A stretch of 64,000 nt of DNA, taken from Vairimorpha necatrix (Eukaryota). The notes beneath the pieces are model-generated. The model had not been told where the DNA came from. It saw only the letters and a program-made list of their open reading frames with translations, and did not search any database. The stretch is from NCBI GenBank assembly GCA_036630325.1, contig CP142730.1, forward strand, positions 434,001 through 498,000. Reading direction: 5' to 3'. Shown here one piece after another: positions 1 through 11,563 of this stretch (position 1 is the stretch's first letter; every line of letters begins with the position of its first letter). The translations under genes were made by a program, and so were the position numbers.

Positions 1-386
1 TTAAGCATATTATTAAGAATGTCTATTGACCCAAAACTGACTATTATTAAGTCCATGTAAGACATTTTATCTTCGTAGTCAGGAAATGTCTTTTTAAAAA
101 CCAAGTCGTCTTTCTCATTGAGAATAATGACTAAGTCCATAAAGGGATATTAAAATAAACAAAATATATTTACTTAATAAAACTTGATAGGTTAATTATG
201 TTAATAAATATTTATCTTATAAAATATGTTCAAAATTTATCTTTTGAATATAGAAAAATATGTTAAATATTATTGTAAATTTTTGTTAACATAATTAATC
301 TATAAAGTATTAGTAAGTAAATATTTGTTATAAATATTTATTATGTTCTATATTTGTTATAAATATTTATTTGTTTAAATTAATAT

Positions 387-893
387 TTACATATCTTCTT
401 CATTATCATTCATAAACTCGCCACTATTAAAACTACTCTGTTTAAATTGATTACTCCCTTTAGATACCATCGGAGATTTCCCTAAAACTATAGGCATATT
501 TTGATACAATTTATCACTCGAACTAAGCATTCTATCAAAAACATTATTCATTTCACATCTTGGAACAACATAAACTAAAAAATCAAACATCTCTGACGTC
601 TTTACCGCCACAGAAATATCTCCTATTTGTAATATTCGTCTTTTACTTTCTTCCGTATTAATCCACGCTCTCAATGTGAGTTCTTCAACAAACTTCTCTG
701 CTACAAGACTGAATATTATTGGCACCTCTTGCGCCACCATTCTGACTCCTTCTTCTACTTTCATAAGCCTTTTAATTCGGGCTAGTGGTAAAATAACTTC
801 TTTTAAATTCATTCTGTCGTCTGTGGCATTTATATAAGTCTTTTGCCAAAATAATTCTAACTTTTTGTCTGGGCTTATATTCGAGTCGCGCAT
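387..893 (-). CDS. CCAAT-binding factor subunit C (NF-YC/HAP5-like), histone-fold transcription factor
   Basis: 168-aa ORF with LPLARIKRLMK...EVPIIF...EKFVEELTLRAW...KRRILQ..DI..AV...EMFDFL, the NF-YC histone-fold signature. TTTCCC lies immediately before the ATG. Confidence 0.92.
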   Translation of the reverse strand: MRDSNISPDKKLELFWQKTYINATDDRMNLKEVILPLARIKRLMKVEEGVRMVAQEVPIIFSLVAEKFVEELTLRAWINTEESKRRILQIGDISVAVKTSEMFDFLVYVVPRCEMNNVFDRMLSSSDKLYQNMPIVLGKSPMVSKGSNQFKQSSFNSGEFMNDNEEDM

Positions 894-1410
894 GGGAAAA
901 TATTTATTATGGGTTTTATTATAAAAAAGAGCTGAAACTGTATGTTTTAAATGATCATATTTACAATGTAAAACATTTTAAAACAAAAAAAAATATAAGT
1001 TTTATAATAAATAAATAAAAAAAATAAGTGCTTAATTAAAAACGGTATATTAAATTATAATTTAGACAATTTATAACTACATTTTGATGTCTAAAAAAAG
1101 TAGATTTTTATGTCATAAAATGTAATTTCAATTTTTCAGAAAACCAAACTAGTTAGGTTGTACAAAAATTTTGTAAATATTGTTTTTTGAATTATATTTG
1201 ATTTTGTAAATGTAGTAATTTATGACTTTTAAAATTTGATGTCTTTTCAAATTATGACATTTATTTTTTAAAATTGTTCCAATCATTTTGACACTTTAAT
1301 ATATCAAATGTAAAAGTTTTTGAATATGAGATTTTTACTTTCATATTAATTTTTCACTTAATTGTGTTATATTAATTTTTTAGTTAACCTTAATACATTT
1401 CTAATTATCT

Positions 1411-1472
1411 TGTATATGACAGATAAATACATTTAAAATGATTCTGTATATGACAGATAAATACATTTAAAA
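1411..1472. repeat. Direct repeat, 2 x 28 bp (period 34), upstream of the HAD gene
   Basis: TGTATATGACAGATAAATACATTTAAAA at 1411-1438 and 1445-1472. Confidence 0.9.
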
Positions 1473-1521
1473 CAAAAAAATGACATTTTTAATATAAAAA
1501 TAAATCAAATATTTACCCTCA

Positions 1522-2220
1522 ATGAAAATAATCAAATTAACGGAAAATATCTCCAATCTTGACACTTCTGCATATGCAGAAGATGATAAATTCCTTGTAT
1601 TTGATATTGATGGTACTTTGTACAAAGAAAATAAAGAACTAGTCTCAAAAAGGAGATTAGCGCAATGGAAGCATCTCAATAGAGATCTAAATATCTCATT
1701 CGACGAATTCGAATCTAAAAGTAAAATTTATACAAAAAAATACGGAACTAATTATAAAGGTTTTTTAAAAGATTATAAAATAGGTGAGGATTTAATAAAA
1801 AATATTGATAATGTTTACGGGGAGATTTCTGATCATCTTACTGATCCTTCAGCATCAATCGAATTATTAAAAAATTTATCGAACTCGCAAAAGCGAGTTC
1901 GAATATTTTGTTTTTCGAATTCTACTAGTAAACAATCAGAATACACTTTGAATATACTAAATATTAGTAAATATGTTGATACATTGTTTTGTACTGGGTA
2001 TTGCACAAAAAACGAAATCATAACTAAACCGATGGTCGAAGCATTTGATTATGTTAACAAAGTAGTACAAAATAATGGTGATAAAAAAATTTTATTTTTT
2101 GATGATAATGATATGAACATTGAATCAGCTAAAAAATCGGGATGGATAGCAATAAAAGTTGATGATGCTGATAATATAAATAATATAGTGGAACGGGAAA
2201 TAAAAAACCATTTTGGGTGA
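1522..2220 (+). CDS. HAD-superfamily hydrolase, pyrimidine 5'-nucleotidase (Sdt1/Phm8)-like
   Basis: 232 aa with motif I FDIDGTLY, motif II FSN, motif III KP and motif IV FFDD. TACCCTCA precedes the ATG. The subfamily assignment is inference. Confidence 0.85.
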   Translation: MKIIKLTENISNLDTSAYAEDDKFLVFDIDGTLYKENKELVSKRRLAQWKHLNRDLNISFDEFESKSKIYTKKYGTNYKGFLKDYKIGEDLIKNIDNVYGEISDHLTDPSASIELLKNLSNSQKRVRIFCFSNSTSKQSEYTLNILNISKYVDTLFCTGYCTKNEIITKPMVEAFDYVNKVVQNNGDKKILFFDDNDMNIESAKKSGWIAIKVDDADNINNIVEREIKNHFG

Positions 2221-2399
2221 CATAATTAAATATTAATAAAATTTTAAAAAACTATTTTACAAAAAATATTCAATAAAATTTATATGATTAAAAGTATAGT
2301 AGTATAATTTGTAAGCCAAGGATTTATTGTTATTGATACAGCCTCTAAAATGTTCGACTCCAAGTATTGTCAACTGCTCCTCGCGCCACAATTTTGCTC

Positions 2400-2720
2400 T
2401 TAGATAATTATTTTTTCGTATGGTCTAAAGATATGGAAATTTAAGTCCTTTTCAAGGTATTCTATTTAATAAAAGGTCCAATTTGGTTGTATATATCAAT
2501 ATTTTTTAATGTATTTGTAAAATTTATATATTATACGAGCTCAAGTTCCCATATACAGCATCGTTGTAGTTAATTCTTCGTGTATTAAAAACAATTCGTC
2601 GGCAAATAGATAGTATTTTTTAAATTTCCGGCAATTGTTATTGTAGATTTTTTAAAGATGTAAATTTAACTTATATGTTAGAATCTTTATATTTTTTTGG
2701 TGCAATATCAATTGGAACCC
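2400..2720 (-). mobile_element. Highly degraded RLE-type non-LTR retrotransposon C-terminal remnant
   Basis: The minus strand reads KKYYLFADELFLIH...TMLYMGT*ARII, alignable to KYDxxADELGLIY...IIPYVITWDGIV of the better-preserved RLE fragments at 26206 and 57197. Confidence 0.5.
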
Positions 2721-2819
2721 GTATTAGAAATTTTAAAGGTTTTCTATAAAAAATAACAAAATTTGTTTAAAATGAAGTATTTTTGAATATGGAAAATAAT
2801 TAAATTTAATTTAAAAAAA

Positions 2820-3268
2820 TGAATAATGCATAACCAGCGTATCCCTTACTTGTATTGTGCTGGTAGAAATGCGGATATTCTCCTTGGGGATCCAAAACTT
2901 ATCTTCAGTCTATTATGATCATTATCAATGATAGTTAATTATGCAGCATTAGACAGATTACTGGAAAGGAGCATAGGACTGTAAATCTCGTCGTCAGTTT
3001 CGTAAATTGCAACGATCCCGAGACACAATACCACCAAATTAAAAGATTTATGTTTTTTTCCCAAAGAAATATGCGGTCTAGACATGAAACAAACCAGGAC
3101 CAACACTATGAGTACCTTTTACTTATTCTCTGGTCTTATCATATACCGAAAAATTGACCTAATAAACATCTTCTTTTATAATTTAAAATAACTCGTGTAG
3201 TCTCTCTTCATAATTTTATTTATTTTCCTTTTTTTAATTTTCAAAGCGGGTTCCAAACGGTCATGTAC
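2820..3268 (+). mobile_element. Merlin/IS1595-family DNA transposon remnant (right end)
   Basis: Ends in TTTCAAAGCGGGTTCCAAACGGTCATGTAC, the same TIR as the element at 8698-9337, and its internal sequence is similar to 8900-9290. The left end could not be resolved. Confidence 0.7.
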
Positions 3269-3429
3269 AATATATTTAATTGGTTTCTCAGATTTATGGT
3301 GAAAGATATGATAGACGCAGGCTTGATTTTAGGGTTTACAATTATAAATATGTTATAGATGAATTATGTGGTTTTTAAATCGAATTCGCAGCACAATGGC
3401 TTTAAATTCTTTACACTGAATCTTAGGTT

Positions 3430-3980
3430 TCGACCATAAACTATATTCTCGTATTATTTCATTGATACCAGTCCTCTTATAATATAAATAAATTTGCAGG
3501 AGCCTTCTTCAAGACTATTTCATTTACTGCCTCGATTTTAGCATACTCTGTGTCTTTCATGCATTTTTCGTGATTTCGATTCCAATTCATCACAAGTCTT
3601 TACATATGTAACTGTAATGCATTCATACCCAAGCATGTGGGAATTTTGATTTATAATATATATATATTTTCTCTTGATTTTTCGTCTAGATAAGATGTAC
3701 ACAAAACTAATATACACAAACGAAAAAATTAAATACATTGATTTGCAAAAAACCAATCTTCAAAAACTGTATATTTATTGAAATTTTTACATGTAACTTG
3801 AAAACAAAGAGACAATTATTATTGACCAGCATCAAACACGTTAAGTATTAGTGAATGTGCAACGTTCTGAATCTGCGAGCTAGAAATACAATGCAGGTAA
3901 TATTAAATTAAAGTTAAAGGTTTCTAATGTTATTATATCCTAATGGTCTTGTTTGTAAGAATTTATGTGATGAGATATTA
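3430..3980 (-). mobile_element. Possible degraded RLE-type retroposon remnant
   Basis: LGYECITVTYVKTCDELESK resembles YGFKTEIIPYVITWDGIVTK of the 26206 fragment. The match is weak. Confidence 0.35.
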
Positions 3981-4089
3981 AGAAACTTATAGAAATATTT
4001 GAAAATTTTGCAAAAATGATATTTGCAGAAATTCAAATAAATGATCCCAATAATTTTTAAATAATTTATTAGATCATAAAATTTTTTTA

Positions 4090-4290
4090 ATGAAGCGTAT
4101 TTTATATTCTTAGATTTCTATTTCAGTCTTCGTATACATCTCTTTGTGAGTAGAGATGATCAGATTCTCCGTCCCTCGTCTTTCCCTATCGCTTCCAAGA
4201 TCTTCTGATCTTGTATATTTCAATGAGATACTTTCAATAGTCTTTTTCAGAATAAGAGATTGGACATGATAATTTATCAAAAAACAATAT
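4090..4290 (-). mobile_element. RLE-type retroposon extreme 3' fragment
   Basis: The minus strand encodes HVQSLILKKTIESISLKYTR, matching IQSRVLKMTLESI (near 57822) and IQMITLKKTPESISLDYRR (near 26390). Confidence 0.55.
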
Positions 4291-4980
4291 ATTAACTTAA
4301 TGAGTCAATGGGTTTTTTAAATTTATTCAAATTTTGCTGATCAATCACAAAATACAAAAAATAATAATATCAAATAAACTTGTGTAAAATAATTGAGCTA
4401 CTTAATACAACTTTTAACTGCAAAAATATAATTATAAAGACCTTTTTTTGCGCGAAATATAAGGCAGGTTTCCAGCAATTTAATAATTTTTTAATGTAAA
4501 GGCAGATATAAATATAAATTTGCTCTAGTGCCATATAACATAAGAGATAAATGCTATTGATCCATTAAAAATAAAGCAAAATTTTGTAAAACAGATATGT
4601 TTCTATGCAGTATATGGAAGTAAAATTCCGATATAAAACTTATTAATCGAAAAACCATCCATTGTTAAATGCATACATTTTATGGTCTTATTAATCCTGT
4701 TTATTTTCATCCATTCGCTGCTATATTAATTGTGAAAATAATGATACCAAAGACATAAAGGCCGATTTTTCATAAAAATCTTTTTCTTTGCGTGCAGGGA
4801 ATTATAGAAGATTTAAAAAAACATAAACTAGAGATATTTAGTCTCAAAAAAATTAGTAATTAATTTCTCTACAAGTTGATGGATTTGTTTGCCTAAAGAA
4901 TTCTGAACATTTTATTAGAAAATCTTAAAAATGCAATACTAAAATTTATATTTTTTTAAAAAAAATTTACAGCCCCATAA

Positions 4981-5630
4981 ATGTTTTCAGTCCTAATATT
5001 ATTCATTTTGAATTTACAAAAATCAACAGCAACCCATGAGAATAATGAAAGTATTTTAACACAAAAAAATACTTACGGAACCAATGAAAATAAACAACTG
5101 AGTTTTATGAAGTCGAACTTGACTACATTAAAAACATGGATTTAGGTATTAAACAATCAATAATCGGGATGATATACGACGTTGTTTTAGAAAAAATGAG
5201 GTTTCCTATATTAATGCAACATAGCTGGCCAAAAGAATTAAACGAAAATGAATATGAAATTCGGAAAGAAGACTTGCATTTTGATTTTTTTATGCAACTT
5301 AAAAGTCATTCTGGTGACATTAATTTCCTTTCGTGCAAACAATTGGCTGTTAGCAAATTATTATTGGCTCTTTACAAAAATATTTCTAAGTTATATATTA
5401 AGTTGTTAAATTTTATATTTTTGGGAATAAAAGTTAATGTTAATGATGCGAAAAAAATTATTGATGGATTTGTCCAAATAAAAATGAATGAAGAAAATAA
5501 TTTATGCATTGAACAAGTTTTTAAAAATGATGTGTATGAAAAACTTGATGAATATATCATAGATAGTAATATTGAAAAACTAATATGAATACTCTGATAG
5601 GGAGGATAAAATATATAAATATTATTTTTT
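4981..5630 (+). pseudogene. Frameshifted gene of a lineage-specific, probably secreted family (family A)
   Basis: CCCC-ATAA-ATG start and hydrophobic N-terminus MFSVLILFILNL. The frame stops near 5145 and continues in ORF 5136-5588 (VLEKMRFP..SWPKEL..EYEI.KEDL.F). Confidence 0.65.
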
Positions 5631-6789
5631 CTTACAATGTTATATTCTATATTAGATTAATTTACCCTGTTTATAATATAACTTTTTAATGTTTTTAATA
5701 AAGCACATCGTTCTGTAAACCAACTTCTTTCATTTCTAAATAATAACATCTCTTCGACAAATTTATTCAACAAAAACTTGCTAGGTCAATAATATATTCT
5801 TAAAACTATAGGATTTCATGAAGTTCAAATCTGCCTTTAATTTGATTCAAGAAATTTGAAGTCTCATTATATTAAAAAATGTGTCAATGCTATCAAAAAC
5901 AGTTATCTTAGCAATTTCAATTTGTAGCATACATGAAAAGGAAGATGTAAAAAAATTACCCACACATTTTTTCGACAAGTATAAGTATTAAGGCTTAAAA
6001 AAACAATACAATTATTAAAACATAATCCAATTCCATAACGACTGCAAATAAAACTATGTCATTAAAAGACTTTTTTTTATCCAAGTAATCTATTTTTATT
6101 GCAAAGTGAATATTAATAATGAATCTAAATCTAAGAAATACAATTAGCGTTAAATATTAAAGCATAAAAAATGAATTTTAAATTAGTCATAGGCTAAGGA
6201 TTTCCTTGAGCTAGCTTAATATTTATATAGTTATATATGCGCCAAAATACACACTAAGTTGTGTAAAATATAATATAATTTATCTTATACGCATGTGTTT
6301 TATAGTTTGCGTTAATAATGATAATATATTCCATAAACTTTAATCTAATGTCTATTCATTCCTCAAACTTAAATATATTTATAAAAGAAATATATGCTCG
6401 ATTTTAATCAATTAGATAATCTTTTTCATATAATGTATTTTCTATTGTACATAAAGATGTGTATAACATATTTAATATGTTGCGTTTGTAATTCATTGGA
6501 ATAAAATTGTATACCCGTATATGCCTGTAAAAACATGACCAAGAGAAGGCCGTATGAAAGTGTTTTTAGGTAGATTTATAAAAATTTTATATTTAATGTT
6601 TCTAGGATATAACGAAAAATCGGCGTATAGGTCTGTGCCTGACTTTATTTCTCTCTTATGGATTTTTATAGAGAAACGAAAAAAAATAATTTTAAAAACA
6701 TTTATCCTAAGAAAACTTTAATAATTTTAATAAAAAATACTCTACGTAACTCTTGATATTTTAATATATTGCGCACCTCTTCTCCATTT

Positions 6790-7320
6790 AAATTCTCAAA
6801 AAAAAAAGTCGGAGTCTCACTTTCTTTGACCTTTTTTAGCTATTATATCACATTTAAAATGTGATCAGACTTCTCTATTAAATTTGCGGGCTCTCCTGCT
6901 TCGTTTTTAAAACCAGCATCGTAGATTACAGCGCGATTATCATCGTTGATAGATTTTACTACTGTGTGATCTGATTTATGCCTATCAGTTATGCAAATCG
7001 TTTCGTTTTTCATGTTGTTTTTAAAAAACTGAGCCAATATCTGAATAGTCCGGTAGGTATTGTCTCAACTCTCAATTCTAACGTCGCTCGTCTATTGTAC
7101 CTACCCACCATGCACAGTTTTTGACTGTGTCATATCTTTCTGAAGGTGGTTTGACATATTTCCCTTTATTATAACCGTTTCGTCGCCTATGCCACTTTTT
7201 CATTCCTCCTATTTTTTTTGTTTTTAATGTTTTCCTTTTTTGTTGTTTCGTATAATTTTTTTATAGCCCTGAAATCACTGGAAGCTTGCACACAAAATTT
7301 TTTATTTAGGTATTGTGTAG
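6790..7320 (-). mobile_element. Merlin/IS1595 (ISXO2-like) transposase remnant
   Basis: ORF 6843-7037 reads TICITD[RG]HK...VIYDAGFKNEAGEPANLIE, matching the ISXO2-like pattern I.TDG..Y...VNH..F......TN.IE. A KIGG motif lies upstream. Confidence 0.7.
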
Positions 7321-8697
7321 ACTGCTTTTAAGTTAATGAATACGTAATATACAAATAATTATTGTCAGGCGACGAACCTACGCCGACAATAAGAATCCAC
7401 AAATGTGATTAATTCTTATTTAATATAAATGTTAAGGATGATATAAGTAACAGGTGAGTAATTAATATTGAATACGAGCATTTAGAGAGTTACTTTTATT
7501 TTGGCAATTTACCCTTTTCGGAATAGAACGTCGAAATGGTCTATTCCAAATATTGCCTATTTATAAATTTTACAGCCCTACCCTTGATCATGAGTGCAAC
7601 TAACAATCCAAATATATCTGTATGTGATACTTCGTCTTCTATTTTAGATCGCCCTCGTGTCTGATCACAATTATGTATAGGTATTCGGGGATTCGTAAGT
7701 GCAGTTTTTTTTAAAAAAACTCTCATTTATGTTCCACATATCGTCTTTTCTCTACACTTAAATGGTGACAGTTTATGTAGGAATCGTCCGACGTTAATAT
7801 AATCATGCTGAAACAACTAGTAAATCTATGGTTGTATTTAGTTAGGGGACCATCTTCTAGCCAACATATTGACTCATTTGGGCCTTGGAAGATTTTTGAC
7901 CTACTGCCAAGCGGCCCTAGACATAACATAAGGGTAAAATATTTTGGAAAAAGAACATTGAAAAAAAAAGTACAGCTCAAGAATGTTAATCCGGCCGATT
8001 AAAACAAATCTTTAAAATTTTGATTTTTGTGGATAAAGTTCGAAAAAAACATTTCATTAATTTACGGCCTGTGCCCGGATTCAGTACGTAAAAAAAATAG
8101 AGAACGTCCAGGCACAGAGCGTTGCGATGAGAAATTTATAAAAAATTTTTTTGAGAAAAAAGGACCACAAAGGAATTGCCGAAAACGAATTAGGATTTTA
8201 CAGTATGTTGTAAATATACTTTCTTGCTTTTTTGAATTGTGTAAAATCGTAAATCGGAGGAATGTTCTCTGTAAAATATAACCCTAAAGTATAAATTTTA
8301 CATAACTACTTAATAAATATCAAAAATGTAATTTAGGATTCATAATGATTTTCCGAACCTCGTAAAATAATCAAATCTTCCTATGTGTAAACTCATTTAA
8401 AAGGCTTTAAATATATAAAAATTTATATATAGCAATATGTTGGCTAATAAAATGGAATGATCTAAACATGAATAAATATTAATTGTTACGGAATTTTAGT
8501 AAAATCAAATGACTGTACATATATCTACGCAAAAACAAATGGAAGAAGACTACTTTTGTGAAATTTGTTATATCTGAAAAAACTTAAGCACCATAATACT
8601 TTTTATAAAGTTTAGATTTAAATCTATTTTTTTTCTTTCAATCTACTTGAAAGATATATAATAATGTTTTTTGACCAATTCCCTAATCATAAAAATA

Positions 8698-9337
8698 GGT
8701 ATATGGCCGTTTGCAACCCGCTTTGAAATTTTAATGGACCCACCTTTATAAAAAATGGCAAAATTGGCAAAAAAATGTTTGTTGAGGCAGATGGGCTTTT
8801 TAGTGATGAAATGTATTTCTACATGGAAAACAAAGTAAAGTTTATTTTGGATTTATTTGATGCTGAATAGGCGTGCGCCTTGCTCATTTCTGTAACTAGT
8901 AGAAATGCTGCTATTCTCTTGAGGTTATGCAAGATAATGTATAACCTGTTTCTATTGTGATTTCTAATCAATGTGTAGGATATGAGGACACATTAGACAA
9001 GCAAAGGGATGGAGGACAGTACTATTAATCACTCTATCAATGATGTAAAATTTAGGGATTCTGAGACACAATACCAAATAATTTATTTGGCGTTGGCTCA
9101 TTTCAAAAAGAAATATTCGATCTATATATGGAATAAACAATGACGAACACTATTAGCACATTTTACAGTTCCTCTGGGCATTCAAAATCTCCAAAAATCA
9201 ACGGATAAATTGTCTTCTTTCGTTATTTAAAATAAATCGTTAAGTCTTTTTTTTTATAATTTTTTTTATTTTTCCCTTTTTTTTATTTTTCAAAGCGGGT
9301 TCATTTTCCCAAAGCGGGTTCCAAACGGTCATGTACC
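8698..9337 (+). mobile_element. Non-autonomous Merlin element with TIRs and 8-bp TSD
   Basis: Left TIR GGTATATGGCCGTTTGCAACCCGCTTTG and right TIR CAAAGCGGGTTCCAAACGGTCATGTACC. TSD TAAAAATA at 8690-8697 and 9338-9345. Internal decayed KIG..VEAD, SIVIS and TINHS motifs. Confidence 0.88.
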
Positions 9338-10259
9338 TAAAAATAATATCATTAAAGCGATAAAGAAACTTTGAATATGAAAAAACATTGTGTCGGGGAA
9401 GAACAAAATGACAAATTGCCTATGTATTAATAATTACGTTAAGTTTCTTAAAATAAATTAATTTTCTTTTAAATTTTACATTTCTGGTAAATCCAAGAAC
9501 ACAAAGACCAAATATATAAAATTTGAATGTTTTTGTACAATAAGACATTAAAATACGAAGTTTTTTTTTTGTAAATATTAAAAAATATTAAACTAGTATT
9601 GTCAATATTCGAACTCCGTAAATAGGTGAAACAATCAAATTGAACAAAAAACAAAGAAGGAAAAAGGTAAACTGCAGAGTCTAGTACAGTTTAAGGGAAA
9701 TGTCCATTGACAATTTTTATTGGCTCAGGAAATGTAAAGAAGCGGGGCTTATGTCTAATTTGCAGAACAATTATGTTGCGAGTGCGCTAGCTAAACATAA
9801 TACTACAAGAATTTTGCTATAAAAGCTATAAGTAATTCTAGAGAAACAGGTTTTTTTATTGACCTAAAAAGTCTTTTGACAAAGCCCAAGTAAGTCGAAA
9901 TTTGAATGCCTATCTTGGAAAATATGCATTCAAGAGTGGAAGAGAGCATAGAGAATACAAAGAAGATAAGATAGATGACTTCGGCTAACAATAATATATT
10001 TTGATGATATTTGAAGAATATATAAGGACGAAAATTTCCCAGTATGGTACCTTATGGGATTATATATGTAGAAATTAAAGGCGTCGAAATCGATTACTTA
10101 TTTTGGCGCTACTTAAATTCAAAAGTACATGGGATAAAAAAAATAAAACAATTATTCTAACAATAGTATTTTGATAAAAGTCTCTGCATAAGTTTCAGTA
10201 TTTCTTTTTTAAATTTCTAGATATAAATTGGAACTCGTATATATTATCCTATATTTAAC

Positions 10260-11030
10260 TCATGATTTCTCTTCTTGTTCTCAATTGGGTCTTAAATGAC
10301 TTCAAAGATTGTCTGTTTAGTTAATATGTTGTTCATGCTGATTAGTGAAGCCAATACTATAAATAACAACTTCATGAAAAAATCCGAAGTCGCGAACAGC
10401 AGAACGTAAGAAGCAAAAGCATCAGCTCCTATTGGAATTCCTGCAACTATATTATCCCTATAAATCTTTTATTATGGGGCAAACATATGAGAAACAATTT
10501 TAATAATCAGTTGTTGCTATCATTGTTTGCACCTTTAACCATATAGATTGTTTAATGTATATCTTCCTCTTGTGTATAATTCGTAATTATACGACCCTTA
10601 CATATTGCCGTGTCGTCGACCTGAATAGTTTTTCCTATTCCCCTATTTTTACAAAAAATGTATTATTTCATTTTTTTTTAGAAAAAGCCCTTAAAAAAAT
10701 GTGGTATAACTCGGAGGCCTCACATGTTGCCGATGCCATTGAGTCAGTCATTTTGATCCAGCATTGAAATATTATCAGTTGTATGTATGCGGGCATCCAG
10801 GACTTTGCAGTATAGCGACATTTTAGGTCTTTTCGTTTTTTTGCAGCTTTTTGTACAGTAAAAAGAGACTCCTTCCGAGTAGTTTTTAGAATTTACTTGG
10901 TTCATAAAACAACCACATTCACACTTTAGAATATTTCTATATAGTTTATAACCTATAATACAATTGGCTGCTTTTCTTCAACAAATATTGTGCTTAGAGA
11001 TTTCGACTTGCATTAGGGTGTAAAAAATCA
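10260..11030 (-). mobile_element. Merlin/IS1595 transposase pseudogene
   Basis: Minus-strand fragments include a Cys-rich N-terminus (KCECG..YCTKSC), KIG.IGKTIQVDDTAICKGRII, and SAVRDFGFFHEVVIYSIGFTNQHEQHIN..DNL*SHL. Confidence 0.72.
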
Positions 11031-11563
11031 ACATGTACAAAATCTCTTTCCATAAATTCACAATCATTCAGCATTTAGAATTTTTTGTACAATGTTTACA
11101 ATACATGTTCGCGATTTTTTTCTTTTTAAGCCCTATTTTATTATTAATGAGCGCCCTAATTTCTATACTGGTCAAAATTTTAATAATTTATCTAATCACA
11201 TTAGTGGTACTTCTATAGGTCTTTAGCATGCTGAATGCTCCATGCAATTTTTTGAGGAGGATACAATGAATGCATCATTTATAACTACTCTTTTATCAAT
11301 TCATAACTATGTTCAAAACATTTTGTAGATACAACATACTTGTAAAAGTTTCTCTTAGTATATGCCTCCCTTATTTCTACGACATAAATAGGATACACTT
11401 GAGAAGATGAACACATAAAAAGTAATTCGTTTAATCGGCGTGTTTTATAGTGAAAAATATAAATTATTCATAATATAAAACGATAGATAATTGTAGAGCC
11501 AAAAATGATTATTAGACAAAAACAAACTTATAAAACCATCGATGTAAGTATAAATGCAAACTT

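Noticed and set aside
2699-2731. Left TIR for the Merlin remnant ending at 3268
   Set aside because: Only a TTGGAACCCG core matches, there is no TSD, and it overlaps the putative RLE remnant.
9469-9991. Short ORFs identical in both duplication copies
   Set aside because: Their identity reflects the identical DNA tract. They have non-ATG starts and no protein features.
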